Shown here one piece after another: positions 11,026 to 20,695 of a stretch of 64,000 bases of DNA. This DNA is from Bdellovibrionales bacterium (GTDB lineage Bacteria > Bdellovibrionota > Bdellovibrionia > Bdellovibrionales > UBA1609): contig CBDHDF010000007.1 in assembly GCA_965261545.1 (NCBI GenBank), forward strand, positions 256,001 to 320,000, read 5' to 3'. The number at the start of each line of letters is the position of its first letter. Position 1 is the stretch's first letter. The position numbers and the translations under genes are program-made. Below the pieces are notes generated by a model. That model did no database searches. It was not told where the DNA came from and saw only the letters and a list, made by a program, of their open reading frames with translations.

Positions 11026-12228
11026 GTGGATATTATTTATAGTTCTGTTTGTGGAATAGATGTTCATCAACATATGTTGATGTGTACGATTGTCAAAGTG
11101 GAAGACGGTAAGAAGAAGTTTTTCACAAAAGAGTTCAAGAATTTTCCAAAAAATTTTCCTAGAATGCGCTCTTGGATGAAGCCACATAAGGTTGAGAGAG
11201 TTCTTTTTGAGAGCACAGGGATTTATTGGAATTCTTTATACGATGATTTGACAGAAAAAGGTTATGAAGTAGATGTTATCAATGCCTTTCATGTCAAAAA
11301 TATTACTGGTAAAAAAACTGACGTGTTGGATAGCCAGTGGATTGCAGAGCTTGGTGCTTGTGGTCTTCTAAGAGCTAGCTTCATTCCTCCACGTGAGATT
11401 CGTTCTATTAGACTTTTGGCTCGTTATCGTACAAAAACGATCCGCCAAATATCTTCGGAACAAAATCGTATGTATAAGGTTCTTGAATATTCAGGCATTC
11501 GTTTAACCTATGCAATGTCTAAAGCTGACTGCGTATCTGGTATGGCCATGATTCGTGCCATAGCTAATGGAGAGAGATCAGTTTCTAAATTGATGTCTCT
11601 TGCCAGAGGGTCTTTACGTCAAAAGACCGAAGAATTTTCTTACGCCCTGTCGGGAAAGATGACGGAAGAAAATCGTTTTGTTCTTCAACGCATTCTTGAT
11701 CGAATAGATTTTTTGAAAAAAGAATGCTCTCAAATTGAAGAAGAACTTTTCATTCGTATGAAACCCTATGAAAGGCAGTGGCATCTACTCCAGACTATAC
11801 CTGGAATTGACGAATTAAGTGCAGCGCTTTTGATTGCAGAAATAGGAGGCAATGTGAAGTCTTTTAAAAATAAAGGAAATTTTTGCTCCTGGATGGGGAT
11901 TTGCCCATCCAATAATGAGAGCGCAGGAAAAAAAAAGTCTTCACGAACGAGGAAAGCGAACACATATGTGAAATCGTTGGTATGTGAGATGGCCAATAGT
12001 GCTATTAAGACGAATTCACAATTCAAAGGCAAATACCAATCACTTGTTATAAGGCGTGGGCACAAGAGATCAGTGATTGCCGTTGGTCACAAAATGATGG
12101 GAGTTGTTTATTCAGTCATAAGTAATGACACCCCCTACAAAGACCCTGGAATTGACTATGAAAAGCTCATGGTGAAAAAAAATGCACCAAGGTGGATTAG
12201 AGCGTTAAAAAAGTATGATTTCATGTAA
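11026..12228 (+). CDS. IS110-family DEDD recombinase (400 aa)
   Basis: GIDVH, FESTGIYW, KKTDVLDSQWIA (DEDD); TIPGIDELSAALLIAEIG; NESAGK serine motif; RBS aaaggagg. Confidence 0.95.
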   Translation: MDIIYSSVCGIDVHQHMLMCTIVKVEDGKKKFFTKEFKNFPKNFPRMRSWMKPHKVERVLFESTGIYWNSLYDDLTEKGYEVDVINAFHVKNITGKKTDVLDSQWIAELGACGLLRASFIPPREIRSIRLLARYRTKTIRQISSEQNRMYKVLEYSGIRLTYAMSKADCVSGMAMIRAIANGERSVSKLMSLARGSLRQKTEEFSYALSGKMTEENRFVLQRILDRIDFLKKECSQIEEELFIRMKPYERQWHLLQTIPGIDELSAALLIAEIGGNVKSFKNKGNFCSWMGICPSNNESAGKKKSSRTRKANTYVKSLVCEMANSAIKTNSQFKGKYQSLVIRRGHKRSVIAVGHKMMGVVYSVISNDTPYKDPGIDYEKLMVKKNAPRWIRALKKYDFM

Positions 12229-12321
12229 TGTAGGATGATTTAAAAACTCGGACATTTGAAAAAATTCGAAGAACGGATAGTGGATTCGTGCGTCCAAACT
12301 ACCCCGGAGATTCATAGTAAC

Positions 12322-14026
12322 ATTCATGGGGGCGCCTTGCTTCCCCACCCACGCCCATGAATCTTATCTAGGCCCCCACTTCTTTGCACGAAGCAACTCG
12401 GTGGACAGCTTCGCTGGTCTATATAATTGGCCTCTTTTAGTTACTCTGGACTTTTGATGGTATTTTTGTCATGTATGATTCCGATACAATAAAGGATAAA
12501 GCAATAACATTATTGGAAGGTGATAAGATGAGTGGCCGTTGAATAGATTGGTAATTTTAATTCCGTGAAGTAACATGGTCTTGAGCTTTGGATCGAACCC
12601 ACGCATGTACCTGCACTCTGAGTGTATGGACGTATAGTAAGTTGACCTATTTTCGCTTTAGAATTTATGGCAAAATCCCAAGGCTCTAGTTTTATCACCT
12701 TCTTTTTTTCTAACAGAAAGGAGGAGTCATGTGGATATTATTTATAGTTCTGTTTGTGGAATAGATGTTCATCAACATATGTTGATGTGTACGATTGTCA
12801 AAGTGGAAGACGGTAAGAAGAAGTTTTTCACAAAAGAGTTCAAGAATTTTCCAAAAAATTTTCCTAGAATGCGCTCTTGGATGAAGCCACATAAGGTTGA
12901 GAGAGTTCTTTTTGAGAGCACAGGGATTTATTGGAATTCTTTATACGATGATTTGACAGAAAAAGGTTATGAAGTAGATGTTATCAATGCCTTTCATGTC
13001 AAAAATATTACTGGTAAAAAAACTGACGTGTTGGATAGCCAGTGGATTGCAGAGCTTGGTGCTTGTGGTCTTCTAAGAGCTAGCTTCATTCCTCCACGTG
13101 AGATTCGTTCTATTAGACTTTTGGCTCGTTATCGTACAAAAACGATCCGCCAAATATCTTCGGAACAAAATCGTATGTATAAGGTTCTTGAATATTCAGG
13201 CATTCGTTTAACCTATGCAATGTCTAAAGCTGACTGCGTATCTGGTATGGCCATGATTCGTGCCATAGCTAATGGAGAGAGATCAGTTTCTAAATTGATG
13301 TCTCTTGCCAGAGGGTCTTTACGTCAAAAGACCGAAGAATTTTCTTACGCCCTGTCGGGAAAGATGACGGAAGAAAATCGTTTTGTTCTTCAACGCATTC
13401 TTGATCGAATAGATTTTTTGAAAAAAGAATGCTCTCAAATTGAAGAAGAACTTTTCATTCGTATGAAACCCTATGAAAGGCAGTGGCATCTACTCCAGAC
13501 TATACCTGGAATTGACGAATTAAGTGCAGCGCTTTTGATTGCAGAAATAGGAGGCAATGTGAAGTCTTTTAAAAATAAAGGAAATTTTTGCTCCTGGATG
13601 GGGATTTGCCCATCCAATAATGAGAGCGCAGGAAAAAAAAAGTCTTCACGAACGAGGAAAGCGAACACATATGTGAAATCGTTGGTATGTGAGATGGCCA
13701 ATAGTGCTATTAAGACGAATTCACAATTCAAAGGCAAATACCAATCACTTGTTATAAGGCGTGGGCACAAGAGATCAGTGATTGCCGTTGGTCACAAAAT
13801 GATGGGAGTTGTTTATTCAGTCATAAGTAATGACACCCCCTACAAAGACCCTGGAATTGACTATGAAAAGCTCATGGTGAAAAAAAATGCACCAAGGTGG
13901 ATTAGAGCGTTAAAAAAGTATGATTTCATGTAATGTAGGATGATTTAAAAACTCGGACATTTGAAAAAATTCGAAGAACGGATAGTGGATTCGTGCGTCC
14001 AAACTACCCCGGAGATTCATAGTAAC
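12322..14026 (+). mobile_element. IS110 copy D, intact, head-to-tail with copy C
   Basis: Junction ttcatagtaac|attcatggggg at 12311-12332; right end joins tattcagggggtg of the IS66 TIR. Confidence 0.93.
12731..13933 (+). CDS. IS110-family DEDD recombinase (400 aa)
   Basis: Same protein as 11026-12228. Confidence 0.95.
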   Translation: MDIIYSSVCGIDVHQHMLMCTIVKVEDGKKKFFTKEFKNFPKNFPRMRSWMKPHKVERVLFESTGIYWNSLYDDLTEKGYEVDVINAFHVKNITGKKTDVLDSQWIAELGACGLLRASFIPPREIRSIRLLARYRTKTIRQISSEQNRMYKVLEYSGIRLTYAMSKADCVSGMAMIRAIANGERSVSKLMSLARGSLRQKTEEFSYALSGKMTEENRFVLQRILDRIDFLKKECSQIEEELFIRMKPYERQWHLLQTIPGIDELSAALLIAEIGGNVKSFKNKGNFCSWMGICPSNNESAGKKKSSRTRKANTYVKSLVCEMANSAIKTNSQFKGKYQSLVIRRGHKRSVIAVGHKMMGVVYSVISNDTPYKDPGIDYEKLMVKKNAPRWIRALKKYDFM

Positions 14027-14254
14027 TATTCAGGGGGTGGGCGAATTCGAGTCATAAATGAGGGAAGTTTTCCTTGAAATAGCATATTTAGAGCATCTTT
14101 AGGTTCTATGCAAAATTTCACCTAGTTTGACCCACCCAATTTCACCTGGTTTGACCCACCCAATTTCACGAAGTTTGACCCACTGAATTTCACCAAACAT
14201 TGACCCACTTAGATCTTCATAGATATTCTTTCTGCGCTACGCATTAACGAGGAG

Positions 14255-15778
14255 GTGTCTATGGGCAAACAAGGTAAGAAAAAAGGAGCAAGAATGATCA
14301 ACAATATTAAGAAATACATAGAGCTTGGACTCAGTTCGAGACAAATAGCTCGAGCTATGGGTGTTAGTCGGAACACTGTGAAGAAGTATGTGAAGGATAG
14401 TCCCGGAGGCCCTAACAGCCGCTCAAAGGGGTCGCATGGGCCCTACCAAGCCCCATGGTCATCCAAGGTGAATTGGACAGATGTTCGCCTCAAGCAAAGC
14501 CTAGGGACTCAATTGGCTCATTACTGGGAGCGACATATTCAGTCCGAGATTGACGGTGTGAGTTATCTTTCTTTTTGGAGAGAGTTTCGTCGGAGGCACC
14601 CAAGTATAAAGCTTGATATGCACCAGACATTCACCCCTGGTGAACGGAGTGAGTTTGACTATAAGGGAAAAGACTCTTGTTTTGGCTATACAGATGCCAA
14701 GACTGGGGAGTTCATCCCATGTCGATTATTTGGAATGATACTTCCATCGAGTCAGTTTTTCTTTCCATGCGCCACATTAACAGAGCAGCGGGAAGATGTT
14801 TTTTCCTCCATAGCTTCTGGTTTTGAGTTTTTTGGTGGTGTGACCGGAACCATTGCTTTTGATAACGCAAAGGTTCAAGTGACAAGAGCTGATACTTATG
14901 ACCCCGATATTAACTCTGAGTTTCACCTCTTGTGTGATCACTACAATGTGGCTCCTTTGGCGATGAGGCCATCTCGCCCCAAAGACAAGAGTCTTATCGA
15001 AAATACCCTTGGAGTCTTTTGGCGCTGGTCTTGGCCCCAGATAAGAGAGCGGCAAATGTATTCTCTAGCAGACATCAACGCTGAGTTGAAGCATTTGGCA
15101 GCTATTTTCAATGATCGTATTCAAAAAAAGTATGGGTTGAGTCGTCGACAGAAGTTTGAATCTTTTGAGAAGTCAAAATTGAATCCTCTTCCTGAAAGAC
15201 GCTATGAGAGTGGATTCTGGAAGCATTCCAAGGTTCATCCGGATTGTCACATTCAATATAACTACAATTTTTACTCTGTTCCTTATAAGCATCGCGGCAA
15301 GAAGTTAGATATTCGTATTAGCCAACAATGCTTGGAGGTTTATTCAGAATTAGAGCGGGTGGCGATACATCACATCCCCCAGGGCAGTCGAGGGCGCTAC
15401 TTTACGACAAAATCTCATCTCCCTGAGTCCCACCGGGCCATTTTAGAGCAAACGCCACAAAATGTACTTAAAGAGGCATCAAGCCTTGGAGAAAGCATTC
15501 ACAAAGTTGCCGAGCGGCTTATCAAAGAGCCTCGCCATCCGCTTATGTATCTTCGTCGTGTTCAGGGGATACTCAATCTAAGAAAACGGTATTCAACAGC
15601 TTCTTTGGAGCAGGCTTGCTCATTTTTTGTAGATGCAGCTTTAAGTGACATTAGGGTTCGTGGAGTTGAGAAAGTTATTTCAGCAAAAAGTCATCGAAAA
15701 GAGGAGCCAAGAGTCTGCCGTCAACCTAATGAAAATTTAAGAGGTTCAGAGCACTGGGAGAATGCTTGCCGCCACTAA
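14255..15778 (+). CDS. istA: IS21 transposase IstA
   Basis: N-terminal HTH, PGERSEFDY, FDNAK, PKDKSLIE, YSVPY. Confidence 0.92.
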   Translation: MSMGKQGKKKGARMINNIKKYIELGLSSRQIARAMGVSRNTVKKYVKDSPGGPNSRSKGSHGPYQAPWSSKVNWTDVRLKQSLGTQLAHYWERHIQSEIDGVSYLSFWREFRRRHPSIKLDMHQTFTPGERSEFDYKGKDSCFGYTDAKTGEFIPCRLFGMILPSSQFFFPCATLTEQREDVFSSIASGFEFFGGVTGTIAFDNAKVQVTRADTYDPDINSEFHLLCDHYNVAPLAMRPSRPKDKSLIENTLGVFWRWSWPQIRERQMYSLADINAELKHLAAIFNDRIQKKYGLSRRQKFESFEKSKLNPLPERRYESGFWKHSKVHPDCHIQYNYNFYSVPYKHRGKKLDIRISQQCLEVYSELERVAIHHIPQGSRGRYFTTKSHLPESHRAILEQTPQNVLKEASSLGESIHKVAERLIKEPRHPLMYLRRVQGILNLRKRYSTASLEQACSFFVDAALSDIRVRGVEKVISAKSHRKEEPRVCRQPNENLRGSEHWENACRH

Positions 15779-15859
15779 TCACATAGCCCCGGTGGGTGGT
15801 TCTCAACCACCTAACGGGTCATTTTGACCTCCATAAGAGAGGTCGTATAGGAGAAGAAA

Positions 15860-16588
15860 ATGATTAAACAAACAGAAAATTTATTAGAGATATTAAAAAT
15901 GAGGGGAGTTTTAGCAACCTTGAGCCAGAGGCTCAAAGAAGCTGAGGAGCAGGATCTTGGTTACGAGGACTTTCTAAATGTCATCTTTGAGGACGAAAAA
16001 ATCCATCGTGAAAATCAGAAGGTCTCAAGACTTATCAAAAGAGCAGCTTTGCAGCAAAAAGCAAGCCTTGAGGCCTTTGAAACCAAATCCAACCGAGGAG
16101 TCGATCGAAGAGTTTTGAGTGATCTAGCCCTTATGAGATTTGCTCAAAGAGGTCAAAATATAATTATCTCTGGCCCAACGGGTGTTGGAAAGTCATATTT
16201 GGCTTGTGCCATAGGTAATCACGCCTGTCGCCAAGGTTTTTCCACTCAGTTCTTCAGAATGAATACTCTTGTTGAAAAATTCAACTTAGAAAGAGCCCAG
16301 GGGACATATCTAAACTTCCTTAAAAGGCTAAAATCAGTCTCGATACTTGTGTTGGATGATTTTGGTATCAAGCCCCTTACCTCTAACCAATATCAAGACC
16401 TTTACGATGTGATTGATGAACGAGGCCCTGACCTGAGCCTCATTCTTACAACCCAACTTCCAATAAAAAATTGGAGTGAAGTCATTGAGGATCCCATCGT
16501 TTGTGAAGCTATTATGGATCGCATAACCTCTCAAGCTATCAAAATAGCCATGTCTGGAAGCTCATTTAGGCAGAGAAAGACGATTTAA
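15860..16588 (+). CDS. istB: IS21 ATPase IstB
   Basis: Walker A GPTGVGKS, Walker B LVLDDFG, AIMDRI. Confidence 0.93.
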   Translation: MIKQTENLLEILKMRGVLATLSQRLKEAEEQDLGYEDFLNVIFEDEKIHRENQKVSRLIKRAALQQKASLEAFETKSNRGVDRRVLSDLALMRFAQRGQNIIISGPTGVGKSYLACAIGNHACRQGFSTQFFRMNTLVEKFNLERAQGTYLNFLKRLKSVSILVLDDFGIKPLTSNQYQDLYDVIDERGPDLSLILTTQLPIKNWSEVIEDPIVCEAIMDRITSQAIKIAMSGSSFRQRKTI

Positions 16589-16664
16589 GGAGAATCCATG
16601 CAAAGGCAGACCTTGGAAGACACCATCGGGAGACACTCCATCGGAACTATTGAATCATGTACCC

Positions 16665-16762
16665 GCCAGTTATCCACAAAATTTACCCACGGCAGCGCTG
16701 CGTTGATAGACATCGGGGTCACAGACGCAGCGTCACCATGGATAAATTTGTGGATAACTGGC
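16665..16762. repeat. Conserved 98-bp hairpin with DnaA-box arms (copy in IS21 type 1)
   Basis: gccagttatccacaaaatttacccac...atggataaatttgtggataactggc. Confidence 0.8.
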
Positions 16763-18697
16763 TCGCTATTCTCTGCCATTTTGAGCAATGGATTCAACAT
16801 CCCCATTGAAAAACCCTCCATTGAAACCTCAGAAATGGGGAGGGTCGAGATTCTCAATGACAAAGTGGCCAATTTTAGTTGGCATCTAACATTCTGGCAA
16901 ATAAGCCTTAACCCACCGTTGGGACATCGTGACATTGAGGGTGTAAAAGTTACTGAGTCAGCAGAAAAAAGAAGGTTTAAATTGACAAAGTTTGAGCCAC
17001 CGTGAAATTCAAAATTGGACCTCAAATTGACTGACTGAGGGGTGGGTCAAACTTCGTGAAATTCAGTGGGTCAAACTCGTGAAATTCAGCATCTATGCCA
17101 TTTTTCTGGCAAGTCAGGAGAAAGCTTCGGTTTCTACAAAATGTCTTGGCTCCCATCAACGAACGAAAGCACCCAGATATTTTCTGCTGAACTTTGGTCA
17201 TTCTCAGATCATTTTCTGCTATATTATTCGTAAATGGAACTATGGGGTCCTTCATAAATAGCAAGGTATCATCTTCAAAGTTTCTCAGTCGATCTAGTAA
17301 ATTTCTAGATTTGGATTGTTTAACCTTTCCCTTCTTTTTTTTCTCTGTCCTCTCCATTAATGGAGATTCCTTTTCCCCTTCGAAGAGAATATTTCGATAT
17401 TTCTCTTTGTAATATTCAATTCGGTCTTGTGAAAGGCATTGGTTCTGCGTATCGTGCACCTCTTTGTTTATTGTCTCTAAAAGAGACTTCATTTCTTTTG
17501 CCCATTTTTGATCATCTTGCTCCCAAGCTCTTTGAAGCTCCCTTAAATGGTGCGCATTGCAAAGGGCATGAATGCAGGAAGTATATGTATAATAAGGTTT
17601 CCAATGGTCATGACAAACAATCCCTGTGTATTTTGGAAGAATTCCCATGCGATCCATAGCCTCTGCGCCTCTTTTTTCGTCCACCTGATAGAGAACCACA
17701 GTATCATTGGACAAGAGGTGAAACCACAGCCTCTTCCCATTAACATTCACTCCAGTTTCGTCAGCATGAATCAAAGGTGAGTTCAGAAGAGTTTCCTTTG
17801 CCCACTCCTCAAAAGCTTCCAGAGCCTCAAATGTTAGCTGACAATTAAAATGCCCCACCGTCGCCAATGAAAAGTGGCCACTTTTCAGAGGAGGACCTAT
17901 GGTGATTTTTGGCATTGTCAACCGAGACGCATATAATCAATTGATATTACTCATAAAAAGGCTCCGAGCTGATAAGAACTCCTTTTGGGTTCTTGTCGAC
18001 CTGGAAAGGGGCTCCGTGTTGGAGAGTCCTTCCATGACAGCCTATTCAGGTTCCATATTTGTCATTTGTAGACTGTTTCTGGATTTCAATGAGGTTAAAT
18101 ATATAGTCAAGAAAAGCCTGTTTAGGCTGTGCCCATTTTCTAAAGTATTTAAATTCCACAAGATTCCAACATTTGCCTCAATTTTCATGGAATTTCTTTT
18201 TGAAGACAGGCTTCCCTTAAAGCCGTCGCCAATTAAAATGTCCCACTTTCAATATGGAGGTTGTCGCCAATGAAAAGTGACCAATCTTCAGGGAGTGTTC
18301 AAATACTAGACAATGAAGTCTCTTCTTCTGATATAGATACTAAGCTCACAGAGTCCCTCCCTTTTGCAACTCAAAAGGTTAGCAATGAGGAGGATCTTAT
18401 GATTAGTCAATACACTTTCGGCCGCATTCGTGACCTGAGTCACAGTGGTAAAAATAAGACAGAAATATCTCGTGAATTAGGGATCAATCGTAAGACGGTG
18501 CGCAAGTACTGTAAGTCCAACACCCCACCGAAGTACAAGGCGAGGTCCAAAAGAACTCGCCCAGATCCCCTTAATGGATATATGGATCGGGTGCATAGGT
18601 GTTCGTGGTTTTTTTCTAATTTTAATTCCGAATTAATGGAAATACTTTTCAAGCCTCCTTTTTTACATAGAGGGAAGTGGGCGATTTATAAATATTT

Positions 18698-18800
18698 GTA
18701 ACTGTTCAGGGGGTAGCAGAGTTCAAGAGGTAAATTGCTCCTTCTTACCAGAGAAAATATAAATCTCTCTCTGTAAACTCATGCCCCCCTGAATAGATAC
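18698..18800. mobile_element. 103-bp IS66-derived MITE
   Basis: Ends gtaactgttcaggggg / ccccctgaatagatac; 8-bp TSD aaatattt; absent from the paralogous site near 3780. Confidence 0.9.
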
Positions 18801-18880
18801 AAATATTTATAGATGGTATTTTGAGAAATGGACGCAGATTGACATTTGATATCCACGACAAGCCATGTGTTTTAAGAGAC

Positions 18881-19345
18881 TTAATTGTGTAACGAAAGAA
18901 CTGTGGACTTTTGGGAACAACAGAATTTAAATTTCTTTCCACTTCCGCATGGACAGGATTGATTTCTTCCAATTTTTTCGCTTTGGTCATTTTTCTGCTG
19001 TGATGCAGACATATCTTCAGTTACAATTTTTTTTTGCTTTTCATCTTCCAAATCCTCATCCAAATTATCAAAAAGAATATCTCCTAGATTCTGGTGAAAG
19101 TAACGATTTTTAAATTGAGATATGAGCATCATAAAAATACATGTAAGAACCAAAAGTGTGAGTGAAGCAAAAAACAAAGAAGATGCTTGCATCTGAGTTA
19201 ATGGGAGGATGAGTGCCAGTAAATAACCAAATCCAAATACCAATAAGGAAATAAGAAGAGATATAAAGGATCCCAAAGAAAGTAATATTAAAAGTCCAAA
19301 AATCATTGCTATTTTTTGCTCCTGTCGAATACAATGAATCCGCAT
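18881..19345 (-). CDS. Membrane protein with SEC-C motif (IS passenger, copy 2)
   Basis: Same protein as 3857-4321. Confidence 0.75.
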   Translation of the reverse strand: MRIHCIRQEQKIAMIFGLLILLSLGSFISLLISLLVFGFGYLLALILPLTQMQASSLFFASLTLLVLTCIFMMLISQFKNRYFHQNLGDILFDNLDEDLEDEKQKKIVTEDMSASQQKNDQSEKIGRNQSCPCGSGKKFKFCCSQKSTVLSLHN

Positions 19346-19450
19346 AGATACAAGTGAGTTATCTACAGACTTAATGATTCTCGCGTTAGTATCTTAATAG
19401 GTCAAGATTAATTGGAGGAAATTTTTATTTTTTAAACGCAGGGGGCAAAT

Positions 19451-20695
19451 ATGAGCACGGAAGCTCAAACACTTAAAACGATCAAAAAATGTTTCAAGAA
19501 AGTTATTCCTGAAAAGGACTCTCGGGCAACCATTCCACCTCTTGAGTTTATTGTGGCTCTTGTCTTGTCATTCCAGGGAGACTCTAAGACATATTCAATA
19601 GAGGGAATTAGGAGGTTTATGATAAGTCATTTAGGATTAAGAATTGAAAGACACAGCTTCTGGGAAAGACTCTCTAGAAAAAGATTAAAAGAGCTTCTGA
19701 GTAAACTGGTTGAAATGCTCATGATAAAGCTATCTCATGGAGCTTTTCATGGGAGCAAAGCCATATTATTACAACTGGGAGTCTCAGACGTTCTTCTTGT
19801 TGACTCAAGCACAATAAGCCTTTGGGATGGAGCATCTGAGAATTTTCCAGGGACAAGAACAAACGCAGGAATTAAATGGCACGCTTGTTTCAGTTTATTC
19901 AGTGGTATAATGACTTGGTTCGAATTAACTCCGTCTTCCACTAACGATAGGAAGTGCTTTCCTGATATAAAGGAACTCGTTGGAAAATTAGTCATCTTTG
20001 ATTTGGGATATTGGGACTATGGCTTATTGTCATCTATTCATGAAGCTAAAGGATTTTTCTTGTCTAGAGTGAAGTCAAATGCCTCTATTCTTATTGATGC
20101 TGTTGTTGAAGGTTTGCCAGATTACTATGTTGGAAAAGAGTTCTCTGATATTAAACTCAAGAAAAAAAACGATGTTGTTGAATTTATAGGCAGTGTCTTG
20201 TCCAATGGTAAATGGGTAAGTTTGAGAATTGTAGGCTTCTGGAATTCCTCCGAAAAACGCTATCATTGGTATTGCACGAATTTAGATGTGGCAGCGGAGT
20301 CCATATATCCAATTTATCGTTTACGTTGGCAATGTGAACTTATTTTCAAATCTTGTAAGAATTCTTTGAATGCAAATCAGATCACCTCAAACGATCAAAA
20401 TATCATAGAGAGTCTTCTTCTTGCTTCATTAGCGGCTCACCTCACATCAAGTGTTGTTTTGAGGATAGGAAGAACTAAACTCAATAAGGAACAAAATGAC
20501 TCCACATCGTTTCAAAGAGTTGCTAAGGTTACCGTCTTATTAGCCTCTGATTTTATCAAATATCTCCTAAGCTCATCTCAAAAGTATTTAAATATTTTGA
20601 TAGAGAAGATCAAGATATTCTCCCATGAAATTTATGACACAAACTACCGACGGCGAAAAACATCAATGAATATGGCTAAAAAGGTCTTGCTATGA
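19451..20695 (+). CDS. IS4-family transposase (414 aa)
   Basis: VDSSTI, IFDLGYW, YRLRWQCELIFK (YREK motif). Confidence 0.93.
   Translation: MSTEAQTLKTIKKCFKKVIPEKDSRATIPPLEFIVALVLSFQGDSKTYSIEGIRRFMISHLGLRIERHSFWERLSRKRLKELLSKLVEMLMIKLSHGAFHGSKAILLQLGVSDVLLVDSSTISLWDGASENFPGTRTNAGIKWHACFSLFSGIMTWFELTPSSTNDRKCFPDIKELVGKLVIFDLGYWDYGLLSSIHEAKGFFLSRVKSNASILIDAVVEGLPDYYVGKEFSDIKLKKKNDVVEFIGSVLSNGKWVSLRIVGFWNSSEKRYHWYCTNLDVAAESIYPIYRLRWQCELIFKSCKNSLNANQITSNDQNIIESLLLASLAAHLTSSVVLRIGRTKLNKEQNDSTSFQRVAKVTVLLASDFIKYLLSSSQKYLNILIEKIKIFSHEIYDTNYRRRKTSMNMAKKVLL

Larger units (their letters stand above)
10617..12321 (+). mobile_element. IS110 copy C, intact (1705 bp)
   Basis: Full left end, recombinase and right end; no TIR or TSD beyond the shared (g)taac core. 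Confidence 0.93.
14109..17091 (+). mobile_element. IS21-family element type 1, intact
   Basis: TG...CA ends with repeated aatttcacNNNgtttgacccac motifs; TSD tcta (14105-14108 and 17092-17095). Confidence 0.92.
14022..17831 (-). pseudogene. IS66 copy 2, 3' half with right TIR, interrupted by IS21 type 1
   Basis: 14022-14108 and 17092-17831 are the reverse complement of the IS66 at 1-793. Confidence 0.9.

Noticed and set aside
10805..11187. 62-aa and 60-aa minus-strand ORFs repeated in IS110 copies
   Set aside because: They recur only because the element is repeated; they overlap the structured RNA and the recombinase and show no recognisable motifs.
14109..14210. Five ~21-bp repeats resembling a CRISPR array or iterons
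   Set aside because: No spacers; mirrored at the other end of the element; typical IS21 terminal transposase-binding repeats.
16585..17025. Overlapping 135-aa and 146-aa ORFs after istB
   Set aside because: They span the palindromic hairpin and IS end; likely incidental.
17022..17921. 299-aa ORF as a separate gene
   Set aside because: IS66 internal fragment with both termini contributed by flanking IS21 ends.
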